Source of the DNA: a virus
Length of the DNA: 64,000 bases
Strand: one strand, 5' to 3'
IMG/VR virus record: IMGVR_UViG_3300042868_011225
Span: 32,001-96,000 of that record
Part shown: piece by piece, positions 42,936 through 52,155 of the stretch
How the letters are laid out: each line of letters begins with the position of its first letter
Numbering within the stretch: the stretch's first letter is position 1
Made by a program: the position numbers and the translations under genes
The notes under the pieces: model-generated
Database searches by the model: none
What the model saw: only the letters and a program-made list of their open reading frames with translations
What the model was told of the DNA's origin: nothing

Positions 42936-43193
42936 ATGACACTAGGAGAATTAAAAATATTCATAAATTCAATACCTGAAGATATGGACCATTTCGAAGC
43001 AGTAAACGGTGAGTTTTGTTTAGATAAAGATGGAAACACATTCATTATGAAAAATAATTCAATAATGACTATTTATGTTGACCAGAAGAACAATGATGTA
43101 CAATTCCTTCACCAAACAGATGAAGATGTTAAAAATATTTTGTTGAGTGATATGGAACCATTAAACCTTGAAGAACATGGAGATACCGAGTAA
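42936..43193 (+). CDS. Hypothetical protein
   Basis: 85-aa ORF starting MTLGEL. Confidence 0.6.
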   Translation: MTLGELKIFINSIPEDMDHFEAVNGEFCLDKDGNTFIMKNNSIMTIYVDQKNNDVQFLHQTDEDVKNILLSDMEPLNLEEHGDTE

Positions 43194-43590
43194 AATACAA
43201 GATGAGATTTGGGATTATTGCAGAGCCAATAAAATCACCAACATAGATGAATTTACAGTCACCTTAATCAAACAAGGTTTTACTGTAGAAAAATTTGGGG
43301 CAACACCAAATATAATTGAAAAAGTTGTTGAGAAAATCGTTGAGGTTGAAAAGATTATCGAAGTTGAGAAGATTGTCGAAGTTGAAAAAGTGGTTGAAAA
43401 GAAGGTTATGGTTTCCGATAACAAAGGGAATAAAAAATTAACTGACGAGATTACTAGATTAACAAAATTGGATGAAAGCAACGTTGAAAAACTCAAGGTA
43501 GCCAAAGAAGAAAATGATATGTTAAACGCTAAGATAAAAGAGTTAACAGAAGAAAATAATAAAAAGAAAAGAGACATTTATGGCGAATAG
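43177..43590 (+). CDS. Hypothetical protein with EKIVEV repeats and coiled coil
   Basis: IIEKVVEKIVEVEKIIEVEKIVEVEKVVEK; ATG at 43177. Confidence 0.65.
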   Translation: MEIPSKIQDEIWDYCRANKITNIDEFTVTLIKQGFTVEKFGATPNIIEKVVEKIVEVEKIIEVEKIVEVEKVVEKKVMVSDNKGNKKLTDEITRLTKLDESNVEKLKVAKEENDMLNAKIKELTEENNKKKRDIYGE

Positions 43591-45928
43591 TACAATACCA
43601 CCATATTCTAAGGTAAAAGTAGAATGGTTAGATAGGTCAGAAAATTACAGTAGAACAAATAAAACTAGGGTTATAAACCACTTTGCAAATAAGTATGGAA
43701 TCCCTAAAACCAACATCACCGTTAACTTCAAAGCGGTTAAAAAGAACGCCAAAGGGGATATTATTGAAGTAAGTGGTGCTGGTATTGAAAACATCATGGA
43801 CATCAACTATCAAAGAGCCCTTATGAAGGAAGTTATTGAAAGAGATGGTAAAGTGGTAGATTTTAATCGTATATTAGCATTGGATGACAAAGTTAATGGT
43901 GAATTAAATGTTGATTTAAATGATTCACAACATCGTTCATGGTCTATCAAATGGGTTATGGTTGATAACTTCTTATCCTTTGGTGAAAATAACTATGCTC
44001 CTTTTAGCAAGCTCAGAGGTTTAACAATAGTAAATTCTATACCAGCAAATCAAGGTGGTAAAACAACTCTTACCATTGATGCAATTAAATTCTTATTGCA
44101 TGGTACAACAACAAAAACAGATAGAAACGAAGAAGTATTCAACCTTTATACGGATAAAAATGAACTTACTGTACGTGGTATGATTGACATTGAAGGTGAA
44201 GAAACAATCATTGAACGTAAAATGAGACGTTCCGCTAAAAAAGGTGGTGGTTGGACAGTTACCAATAAGTTAAACTATTATAAGTTGCTTCCAGATGATA
44301 CTGAAGAATTACAAAATGAGGAAGATGCTAAACAAACAACTAAAAAGCTTAGAGAAACAATAGGTACGGAGAAAGATTTCGAAATGCTAGTATTGGCTAC
44401 TGAAAAAAACTTAGATGATTTGATAGGGTTGACTACTACGGAGTCAGGTAAGGTATTAACTAGACTTATAGGTTTAGAGATACTGGAACTTAAAGAAGCT
44501 GCTGTTAGAAGTATGTATAATGAGTTTGCTAAGAAAAAGAAATCCAACACCTATGATGTAATTACGCTAGGTGAAGAAATTGTTGACCATAAAGAAAAGA
44601 TTGTGTTAGGTAATGAGTTAAAAGCTACTTTAACAGAAACTCGAAATGCTGCAATAAAACAAATGTCTGACCTTAGCGATGAAAACGACAGATTGCTTAA
44701 TAGCAAAGAAAGTGTTGATGTTACTATCTTCGAATTAAACCCATCCAAGTTGGATACTGATATTGTTGATTTAACAGCAAAGGGTGTTGCTATTAGTGTG
44801 AAATGTAATGAAATAAAAGCTAAAATTACTGGTATTGGCGAAGTTGATTTTGATGAGGATAGACACTATATCCTAACCAAAGAATTTAACAAAAAAACAA
44901 CTGATAACGCATTAAAAGCTAGTGAAGTCGCTAGACTTGAAAAAGTTGTTAGTGGTTTGGTTGCTGGTGGTATATGCCAATCATGTAACAGAAAATTAGA
45001 TGATGTCGATAATTCAGAACACATAGCAAAACATGAATTAGAGATAGAAAAACTAAATGGTGAGATATTTATTATAAATGGTGAGCTTAAAACTATCCAA
45101 GATGAAATCAATGCTATAAATAAAACAAAGACTTTGGTTGATGAAAAAAATAGACTTGAATTAGACAAAGATAGAGCTGAAGTGGAAATGGGTTCTTTGA
45201 GAAATAGTATTTTATCAAAAAGAAATGATTTAAAAAAATATAATCTAAATCTAGAGGCTATTGAGTTGAATAGAAAAATTGATTCTGAAGTTGCTAAGGT
45301 TAAAACGGATATTAAGGTTGCTGAAGTTACGAAAACAGATAGTATTAGTAAATTAGAAAGAGTTAGTTCTGATATTGAAATAAACACAACCAGTATTGAT
45401 ACTAAAACGAAATTAATAGAAGCAATCAAAAAAGAAGAAGAAGTTGATAAGATTTACAAAATCTATATTGATTTAGTCGGTAAAAAGGGGATTAGTAAAT
45501 TGGTTTTACGTTCTGTTTTGCCAATTATTAATTCTGAAGTACAAAGACTATTGGAAGACGTTTGCGACTTCGAGGTTGAAATATTTATGGATGACAAAAA
45601 CGAAGTTCAATTCTTAATGATAAAAGATGATACAACAAAACGCTTAAAAGCTGGTAGTGGGTTTGAGAAAACAGCGGCTAGTCTTGCGTTAAGATGTGTA
45701 TTAGGCAAGATATCAACACTTCCTATGCCTAATTTCATCACGTTTGATGAAGTATTGGGTAAAGTAGCACCAGATAATTTAGAGAAGCTTAAAATACTAT
45801 TTGATAAGATTAAAGACATGTATGAGATAGTATTCTTTATCACACACAATGACCTTGTTAAGGATTGGGGTGATAACGTGGTGACTGTCAGCAAACCAGG
45901 TAACGTATCAAAAATAACAATAAAATAG
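43580..45928 (+). CDS. SbcC/Rad50-like (gp46) ATPase
   Basis: NFLSFG, Walker A NQGGKTT, coiled coil with CQSC hook, signature GSGFEK, FDEV, FITH. Confidence 0.9.
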   Translation: MANSTIPPYSKVKVEWLDRSENYSRTNKTRVINHFANKYGIPKTNITVNFKAVKKNAKGDIIEVSGAGIENIMDINYQRALMKEVIERDGKVVDFNRILALDDKVNGELNVDLNDSQHRSWSIKWVMVDNFLSFGENNYAPFSKLRGLTIVNSIPANQGGKTTLTIDAIKFLLHGTTTKTDRNEEVFNLYTDKNELTVRGMIDIEGEETIIERKMRRSAKKGGGWTVTNKLNYYKLLPDDTEELQNEEDAKQTTKKLRETIGTEKDFEMLVLATEKNLDDLIGLTTTESGKVLTRLIGLEILELKEAAVRSMYNEFAKKKKSNTYDVITLGEEIVDHKEKIVLGNELKATLTETRNAAIKQMSDLSDENDRLLNSKESVDVTIFELNPSKLDTDIVDLTAKGVAISVKCNEIKAKITGIGEVDFDEDRHYILTKEFNKKTTDNALKASEVARLEKVVSGLVAGGICQSCNRKLDDVDNSEHIAKHELEIEKLNGEIFIINGELKTIQDEINAINKTKTLVDEKNRLELDKDRAEVEMGSLRNSILSKRNDLKKYNLNLEAIELNRKIDSEVAKVKTDIKVAEVTKTDSISKLERVSSDIEINTTSIDTKTKLIEAIKKEEEVDKIYKIYIDLVGKKGISKLVLRSVLPIINSEVQRLLEDVCDFEVEIFMDDKNEVQFLMIKDDTTKRLKAGSGFEKTAASLALRCVLGKISTLPMPNFITFDEVLGKVAPDNLEKLKILFDKIKDMYEIVFFITHNDLVKDWGDNVVTVSKPGNVSKITIK

Positions 45929-45929
45929 T

Positions 45930-45960
45930 TTGGTTAATCAAATTGTTTGTTGTATATTTG
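45930..45960 (+). promoter_or_regulatory. Bacteroidetes-type promoter TTG-N20-TATATTTG
   Basis: Upstream of ATG 45982. Confidence 0.65.
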
Positions 45961-45981
45961 TTAAAATTAAAAGATAAAAAT

Positions 45982-46473
45982 ATGAAGTTTAGAAACTATT
46001 GTGTAGTTATTATGGGTGATACTAAAAATGTATTGCCTGAAATTGAAAAAGTAAGTGAAACCAAAGTAAACGTATTGGATGCCAAGGGTATACTAATCGC
46101 TACTTTTTCTTCTAATTTTGAACCATGTGAAATGACAGATTGGTTCAATGATAATAAAAGAAGTTTTTTATTGTTTGATTTGAATTCAGAAAATTCTGGG
46201 TTTAACATAACTAAAAAAGATGTTCATGATGGTTTGTTTTCATTCTTGAATGAGGTTGATTTAGAAGAAAAAGCCAGAGAATTATTACACACTATTGAAG
46301 ATGCTAAAATAGTGAGTAGAATGAAAAGTCGTCAAGTTAAAGAAATAACAATTGAAGAAGTTATGAAATTAACACTTAGCGAAAAGAAAGAAATGTTCGA
46401 TAAAATCTTGGATAAAGGTGCCGATAATTTCACTGATAATGACAAAAAAATAATGCCATTTTTAGTAAAATAG
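45982..46473 (+). CDS. Hypothetical protein (C-terminal DKILDKG helix, DUF6576-like)
   Basis: ATG 45982 after the promoter; family resemblance from memory only. Confidence 0.6.
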   Translation: MKFRNYCVVIMGDTKNVLPEIEKVSETKVNVLDAKGILIATFSSNFEPCEMTDWFNDNKRSFLLFDLNSENSGFNITKKDVHDGLFSFLNEVDLEEKARELLHTIEDAKIVSRMKSRQVKEITIEEVMKLTLSEKKEMFDKILDKGADNFTDNDKKIMPFLVK

Positions 46474-46486
46474 TTAGTCAAAACAC

Positions 46487-46516
46487 TTGACTTTTAGAGG
46501 TTTATATCGTATATTT
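46487..46516 (+). promoter_or_regulatory. Promoter TTGACT-N17-TATATT upstream of the sigma gene
   Basis: Same CTTGACTTTT...CGTATATTT arrangement as the SSB promoter at 4307-4337. Confidence 0.6.
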
Positions 46517-46560
46517 AATAGTATTAACATAACAAAAAAAGAAGTAAAATGAAAAAGTAA

Positions 46561-47391
46561 ATGAGTCGTAAGTATGTAAATTTTGATGTTGAGGACAACA
46601 TTGGAAAATATTTTAAAGATGTAAGAAAATCAATTATATTAACTCCAAGTGAGGAAATTAGATTAGCGGAAAGAATAAAAGAAGGGGATGATAAAGCGGT
46701 TGAACTGTTGGTAAACGCAAACCTTAAATTCGTAATATCAGTTGCAAAAGAATACCAAAATCAAGGATTACCGTTATCAGATTTAATCAGTGAAGGTAAT
46801 TATGGGCTTATTAAAGCTGCAAAGAGATTCGACCACGAAAAAGGGTTTAGATTCATATCTTACGCTGTTTGGTGGATTAGACAATCAATATTACAAAGTC
46901 TTAATGATAATGCTAGAATGGTTAGATTACCAGCCAACATCATCAATAAAATAACATACTTAAACAAAGAAATTTCTAAATTTGAGTTTATCAATGAAAG
47001 AGAACCAGTATATGGTGAAATTTTTGATAAAGACAAAGAAGTTATGGACTTGATTTATTACCCAAAGTGTTTATCTTTAAATGAAACAATAAATGAAGAT
47101 GGTGATGAGTTAATCGAATTGATTCCAAATCTAGATGATGAAGAAAACCAATTAGATATTGATAATAGAGTTAAAGATGAGCTTCAAAAAACACTTAGTG
47201 TGTTGGATGAAAGAGAAAAAGAAATCATTGAAAACTATTTTGGTATCAATACTAATTTAGAACCAATGACGTTAGAAGCTATCGGTGAAAAATACGATTT
47301 AACAAAAGAAAGAATACGTCAAATAAAAGAAAAAGCGATTAGAAAATTAAGACACAATGCTAACGGATTGTATAGCTTAATTAATGAATAA
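46561..47391 (+). CDS. RNA polymerase sigma70-family factor (RpoD/RpoS-like, no region 1.1)
   Basis: LVNANLKFVISVAKEY, DLISEGNYGLIKAAKRFD, FISYAVWWIRQ, TLEAIG..LTKERIRQI. Confidence 0.95.
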   Translation: MSRKYVNFDVEDNIGKYFKDVRKSIILTPSEEIRLAERIKEGDDKAVELLVNANLKFVISVAKEYQNQGLPLSDLISEGNYGLIKAAKRFDHEKGFRFISYAVWWIRQSILQSLNDNARMVRLPANIINKITYLNKEISKFEFINEREPVYGEIFDKDKEVMDLIYYPKCLSLNETINEDGDELIELIPNLDDEENQLDIDNRVKDELQKTLSVLDEREKEIIENYFGINTNLEPMTLEAIGEKYDLTKERIRQIKEKAIRKLRHNANGLYSLINE

Positions 47392-47396
47392 ATAAG

Positions 47397-47417
47397 ATGG
47401 GCTTTATGCCCATTTTT
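47397..47417 (+). terminator. Rho-independent terminator
   Basis: ATGGGC-TTTAT-GCCCAT followed by T run. Confidence 0.7.
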
Positions 47418-47439
47418 GTTTTATAAGATATTTATAGAT

Positions 47440-48609
47440 ATGAAAATAAAATTTAGGTATGTAATGTTAATGATGGCCCTAGCAGTTGCTGGTTGTGCCG
47501 CATATTTCTCCGTTTGGGGACTTAGCCAATTATTTGCTGGTGCTAGTGTGGCTGTAATTATTATGGCATCAGTGTTAGAGGTTGGTAAATTGGTTGTAAC
47601 AACGGCTTTACACACCTATTGGGATAAATTGTCAAAACCGCTTAGGGTTTATTTATCGATTAGTGTTGTTATTCTTATGTTTATAACATCTGCTGGTATC
47701 TACGGTTTCCTCTCAAATGCTTATCAAAAAACTGCAAACAAACTAGAAATTCATGAAGGTGAGTTAAGTGTATTAGACGGTAAAAAAGGTATCTTCCAAA
47801 AAAATATTGATGATAACCAAAAGATTATCGACACAAAAAATAAACGTTTAGACCAATTATCAGGTCTTAGAACTTCGCAAGAAAGCAGAATAGACGGGTC
47901 AAAATCAAATAGAGATAGAAATTCAGTAAGAGGTGATATTGCTTCAGCAAATTCTGAAATTCAAAAACTATCACTTGAAATTGACAATTTAAACACTAAA
48001 AACGCTGTATTATCTGATTCAATAGGTAAATACAATGTAAAAGCACTTGAAATGAAATCAGGTAGTGATATTGCTGGTGAAGTTGGACCATTGAAATATA
48101 TAGCAGAACTAACAGGTGTTCCAATGGCAAGTGTTGTTAATTACTTGATACTTTTACTTATTTTCGTATTTGACCCACTAGCGATATCGCTAGTATTGGC
48201 AACAAACAAAGCTTTTGATTTAGCTGGTGAAAGTACACCTTTGGAACCTAAAAAAGATTCAACAAAAGAAGTCACGAAAGAATTAAAAGACGAACATGAG
48301 GGAGTAAATGAAGAAAATGAGGGAGTAAACGTAAACCCTGAAACTGGAGAATTTACATTCCCAGAAGAAGAATTACCAATAGAAACTGATATTTGGATAC
48401 CTGAAGCAACAGTTGATATGCCAACAAATAATCCAATTATGTCTTCAGGTAAGATAGCGTTGGAAGATATCAAAGAGATTAAAGAAGGTCAAAGAGGTTA
48501 TTCAGTAAATGTACCACAACCTAAAAGCAACAACAATATTGAAAGAGTTGGAAGTAATAAAATAATCAAAGATGGAAATAACAATAGATTTTTTTTTAGA
48601 CGTGATTAA
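47440..48609 (+). CDS. Multi-pass membrane protein with coiled coil
   Basis: AAYFSVWGL, LEVGKLV, ITSAGIYGFLS, EVGPLKY, IFVFDPLA; ATG 47440 lies 4 nt after ATATTTAT. Confidence 0.75.
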   Translation: MKIKFRYVMLMMALAVAGCAAYFSVWGLSQLFAGASVAVIIMASVLEVGKLVVTTALHTYWDKLSKPLRVYLSISVVILMFITSAGIYGFLSNAYQKTANKLEIHEGELSVLDGKKGIFQKNIDDNQKIIDTKNKRLDQLSGLRTSQESRIDGSKSNRDRNSVRGDIASANSEIQKLSLEIDNLNTKNAVLSDSIGKYNVKALEMKSGSDIAGEVGPLKYIAELTGVPMASVVNYLILLLIFVFDPLAISLVLATNKAFDLAGESTPLEPKKDSTKEVTKELKDEHEGVNEENEGVNVNPETGEFTFPEEELPIETDIWIPEATVDMPTNNPIMSSGKIALEDIKEIKEGQRGYSVNVPQPKSNNNIERVGSNKIIKDGNNNRFFFRRD

Positions 48610-49214
48610 TGGAAATTAACCAATCTTACATATTATCTAAAGATAACTATACCCGTATTGAAAGTATTAAAAAACAAATAGTTATTGGTAACACAAATAA
48701 CCACGATATGAAACACTATATTGGTTGGGTTAATCGTTATAATGGTAAATATAAAAAAACTGCCGCATTTACGATTGATATTCATGGGACAATATATAAA
48801 CACTTTGAACCTAAATACCAATCGGAATATTTTAAAGATTTAGAACAAAATAATAAAAGTATTGTTATTTTATTGGAAAATGATGGTTGGTTAACAAAAA
48901 ATGATGAAAAAAATAGTTTTCTTTCATGGTTAGGTTATATTTATAAAGAGCAAGATGTATTTGAAAAGAAATGGAGAGCCAATAACTATTGGGCCCACTA
49001 TGGAAAAGAACAAATAGATTCAGCGGTCAAGTTAGTTAAAGAATTATGTAACGAATTTTATATCCCTTTAACTGCAATGACACATAATGTTAAAATGAAT
49101 GATTTAGAAGATTATACTGGTATTCTATATAAAAGTAATATTGAAATGTATTATACTGATTTATCACCAGCATTTGATTTTGAATACTTTATAAATAATA
49201 TTGAACTAAAATAA
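48609..49214 (+). CDS. N-acetylmuramoyl-L-alanine amidase-like (Amidase_2 fold), apparently degenerate
   Basis: FTIDIHGTIY, NNKSIVI, EQIDSAVKLVKEL, DLSPAFDF; expected HHT zinc motif reads GNT. Confidence 0.6.
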   Translation: MEINQSYILSKDNYTRIESIKKQIVIGNTNNHDMKHYIGWVNRYNGKYKKTAAFTIDIHGTIYKHFEPKYQSEYFKDLEQNNKSIVILLENDGWLTKNDEKNSFLSWLGYIYKEQDVFEKKWRANNYWAHYGKEQIDSAVKLVKELCNEFYIPLTAMTHNVKMNDLEDYTGILYKSNIEMYYTDLSPAFDFEYFINNIELK

Positions 49215-49219
49215 AAACA

Positions 49220-49777
49220 ATGAAAGAATCAATTAATGAGCATGATATGACCAAAAAAATGATGCAAGTCATGAGAGGTGGTTATAGGCCTTTACTTAAA
49301 GAAGAGGAAGAACCAGATATGGGAGCTATAGACCCAAATGAAAACCAAGAAACAAAAGCAAAACAAGGGACAGCTAAACCGCCACGTGAAGGTCGTGCAT
49401 CGCTAATACAATTAGATGGTTCATATTTTGAACTAGATAAAAACGACCATCGTTTTAAAGCTTTACAAAAAGTTTTAACTGATAGAGTATCACAAGCTAA
49501 AATTACTAGTATTTATATTTCTGACCCAGAAGGGTTAGTAATAAATGGTGTTGCTTTAAATTTCAGTGACAATTCTGGTTTATATTTTACATTAGCACGT
49601 TCTGAACCTAACATATTAGTTAGTAGTGAGAATGTCCAAGGTAAATTAAACATTGAAGTTCAAACTAACTTACAATTATTTTGGGATGGTATATTAGCTG
49701 ACACTATGGGTACTAGCCAATATTTATATAACGAAAGAGATGATAAACAAGCAAAAGATGCCAACGAACAAAACTAA
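49220..49777 (+). CDS. Hypothetical protein, possibly head-associated
   Basis: 185 aa with INE and LLKEE motifs near the N-terminus. Confidence 0.6.
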   Translation: MKESINEHDMTKKMMQVMRGGYRPLLKEEEEPDMGAIDPNENQETKAKQGTAKPPREGRASLIQLDGSYFELDKNDHRFKALQKVLTDRVSQAKITSIYISDPEGLVINGVALNFSDNSGLYFTLARSEPNILVSSENVQGKLNIEVQTNLQLFWDGILADTMGTSQYLYNERDDKQAKDANEQN

Positions 49778-50153
49778 TTTTTTTGAGATTAAGAACATGT
49801 TGATAATACTATTAGGTATTATGGTTGTTGGTATGTTTTTATTCGGTAAAAATGTTATAAATAAACATGCTACTGAAATAAAAGCATTACAAACAGAAAA
49901 CACTACTCTATTAAATAAAAATGAATCATTAAAGAAAGATAATGATAAATTAGACATTATTTTAGGTCAAATAGACTTAAAATTATCACAAAATAACAAA
50001 GATACTGACGCTGTATTATCAGAGTTAGATAAATTAAATGGAAAGAAAAATGAAATACCTAATTACGTTAATTCTTTGTCTGCTAACAGTACAGCAGATG
50101 CACTCGCAAAATACCTTGAAAACAGAACCAAGGGTGACGGTAGTAAACACTAA
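49758..50153 (+). CDS. N-terminally anchored coiled-coil membrane protein (i-spanin-like)
   Basis: TM LIILLGIMVVGMFLF followed by heptads; exact start uncertain (49740/49758/49797). Confidence 0.55.
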   Translation: MPTNKTNFFEIKNMLIILLGIMVVGMFLFGKNVINKHATEIKALQTENTTLLNKNESLKKDNDKLDIILGQIDLKLSQNNKDTDAVLSELDKLNGKKNEIPNYVNSLSANSTADALAKYLENRTKGDGSKH

Positions 50154-50511
50154 AACAGATACTCTTATTCAAGTAAAAGTAAACGATGCTAAAATACTCC
50201 TTAAAGATGTTTTGGATAAAGTAGTTTGTGATGAAATGGTTGTTAAATTAAATGATTTAGATTCATTAAGAATTGAAACCATCTTATATCAAACTAATAA
50301 AATTGAAGTTTTGGAAAATAAGATATCAAATCAAGCAATGATGGTTGGAAATTTAGAAGCGGTTCTTCAAAATAAAGATACTGAATTGGCTTTATTAAAT
50401 GACATTATTAAAAAACAAAGTAGAGAAATAAACAAACAAAAAGTTTTTAAAATCGCTGGGTTTTCATTGGCATTAGCATTACCAATAACATATTTATTAC
50501 TTAACAAATAA
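50050..50511 (+). CDS. Exported coiled-coil protein with C-terminal hydrophobic anchor (spanin-like partner)
   Basis: MKYLITLILCLL..MHS/Q signal peptide, heptads, IAGFSLALALPITYLLL; overlaps the previous ORF by ~100 nt in another frame. Confidence 0.55.
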   Translation: MKYLITLILCLLTVQQMHSQNTLKTEPRVTVVNTKTDTLIQVKVNDAKILLKDVLDKVVCDEMVVKLNDLDSLRIETILYQTNKIEVLENKISNQAMMVGNLEAVLQNKDTELALLNDIIKKQSREINKQKVFKIAGFSLALALPITYLLLNK

Positions 50512-50534
50512 CAAAATAGAAATATTATCAAAAT

Positions 50535-50557
50535 AAAGCCCTTAATGGGTTTTTTTT
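50535..50557 (+). terminator. Rho-independent terminator
   Basis: AAAGCCC-TTAAT-GGGTTTT plus T run. Confidence 0.7.
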
Positions 50558-50591
50558 GTTTTATATAATATATTTATAATAAACTAAAAAG

Positions 50592-52103
50592 ATGAAAAAA
50601 CTTATTATAACAAAAGAACAATACAATGGTTTAGTTAGAGCTGGATTGATTAAAGAATCAGCACCAATGGTTAAAGGTGGAATTAATAGAATCCAAAATG
50701 GGTTCAACAAAGAATTTGCTGGTAAAGATATTAAAGCGGTAACTGAAGACGGACAATTTAATATCAAAGCACCTAATTCTGATTTACCTAGAGGGCCACA
50801 AAAACCCAAAAAACAAACAAAACACATCACTGAAAACGAAAAAAGTGGTAATAATAAAATTAGTAAAGAAATTACTGATTTATTGAAACACTTATATGGT
50901 AAAGATGACCAATTTAATTCAGACTACTGGGTTGGTGAAAAAGGTAAATCTTGCCAAGAAATTGAAGAAGTTTTAACTGACAAAGGTCTTATTGTTAAAA
51001 AAGGTCGTAACTATATAGTACCTAAAAGTCTTGGTGCTAAAGAAGAAGCTAAAGCGGCTATTGAAGATTGTATAAGAGAATTTATTGGTGAGCCAATGGA
51101 AGAAATAGAAGAAGATTATCCATTAGGGGCTGAACATGACCCTAACGCACCATATAACCAAGAAGACCCAGAACCAATTTATAATCACACAGATTATGAT
51201 ATTTTCGTATATAATGACGGTATTGCTGTTCTTAATGAAGGAACTGAATTCTTTTTGTTGGATTTTGGCGATAATGGTGTTGATTATGAAGGTTATGAAA
51301 TGACTGAAGATGATATTAATTTATTTCTTAATAATAATGAAACACAATTACCAAAAATTCTTATTCCTTTGGATATTGACTTGGTTAATGAATTAAGTGA
51401 AATGTACAATTTAAACACACATTTCATGAAAAAACTTGAACAAATAAAAACTATTTTAGGTGGTGTGAGTGAAGGTGTTGATTGGTCTAAGGCTTACCCT
51501 AGAGAAAAAGCTAGACCTAAAATGAATGATGTATCACCTAAGAAAAGAACAGGACCAGAAAATCAAGCAATAATAGATAAGGTTAAGGCGTTAAGACAAA
51601 GAGAATTAAGTACCAGACCAGAGATGAAATCACAACATCCAACGGACCAACCAGAAGAATTAGATGAAACTGGATGTGCAAGTGCAATGGGTGCTGGTTC
51701 ACCAGTTGTTCCAATGGGTACTCCTATTAAAAGAGATATTAAAACTGTTTATGAAACACTAAGTGTTGCTGGTGCTGGAAATTTCCAATATGATAGTCCA
51801 GGTCTTGCAAATGTAGGAAGAAATGGTGAATTTAAAAAAGGTGGTAAAAAAACAAAAGCTGAAACAACCCCACAATGGGCTGGTGGTGCTTTTGTTGAAC
51901 AACCAGAATGTTCTAAACCTAATAATAATAAAGAAGCTCAAAATGGTGGTTGTAATTCAGGTGCTAGTAGTCTTAAAATGAAAAAAGCTTCAGGTTCTGT
52001 AAATGCACCTTCTTTAGCTGAAAATAAGATATTTGAAGAAATCGCTAAAAGAACGGGTAAAACAATAGAAGAAGTTAAACAAATAATTTCGAATAAAAAA
52101 TAA
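50592..52103 (+). CDS. Putative internal head protein
   Basis: MKKLIITKEQY start, hydrophilic, many (L/I/V)xE motifs, TATATTTATA upstream. Confidence 0.55.
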   Translation: MKKLIITKEQYNGLVRAGLIKESAPMVKGGINRIQNGFNKEFAGKDIKAVTEDGQFNIKAPNSDLPRGPQKPKKQTKHITENEKSGNNKISKEITDLLKHLYGKDDQFNSDYWVGEKGKSCQEIEEVLTDKGLIVKKGRNYIVPKSLGAKEEAKAAIEDCIREFIGEPMEEIEEDYPLGAEHDPNAPYNQEDPEPIYNHTDYDIFVYNDGIAVLNEGTEFFLLDFGDNGVDYEGYEMTEDDINLFLNNNETQLPKILIPLDIDLVNELSEMYNLNTHFMKKLEQIKTILGGVSEGVDWSKAYPREKARPKMNDVSPKKRTGPENQAIIDKVKALRQRELSTRPEMKSQHPTDQPEELDETGCASAMGAGSPVVPMGTPIKRDIKTVYETLSVAGAGNFQYDSPGLANVGRNGEFKKGGKKTKAETTPQWAGGAFVEQPECSKPNNNKEAQNGGCNSGASSLKMKKASGSVNAPSLAENKIFEEIAKRTGKTIEEVKQIISNKK

Positions 52104-52155
52104 TACTAGACAACTTTATTAAAAAGTTAGATATTTATAATAAAATCAATTAAAG

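Noticed and set aside
43310-43400. EKIVEV repeat as a novel element
   Set aside because: Common low-complexity repeat in phage proteins; recorded in the feature list only
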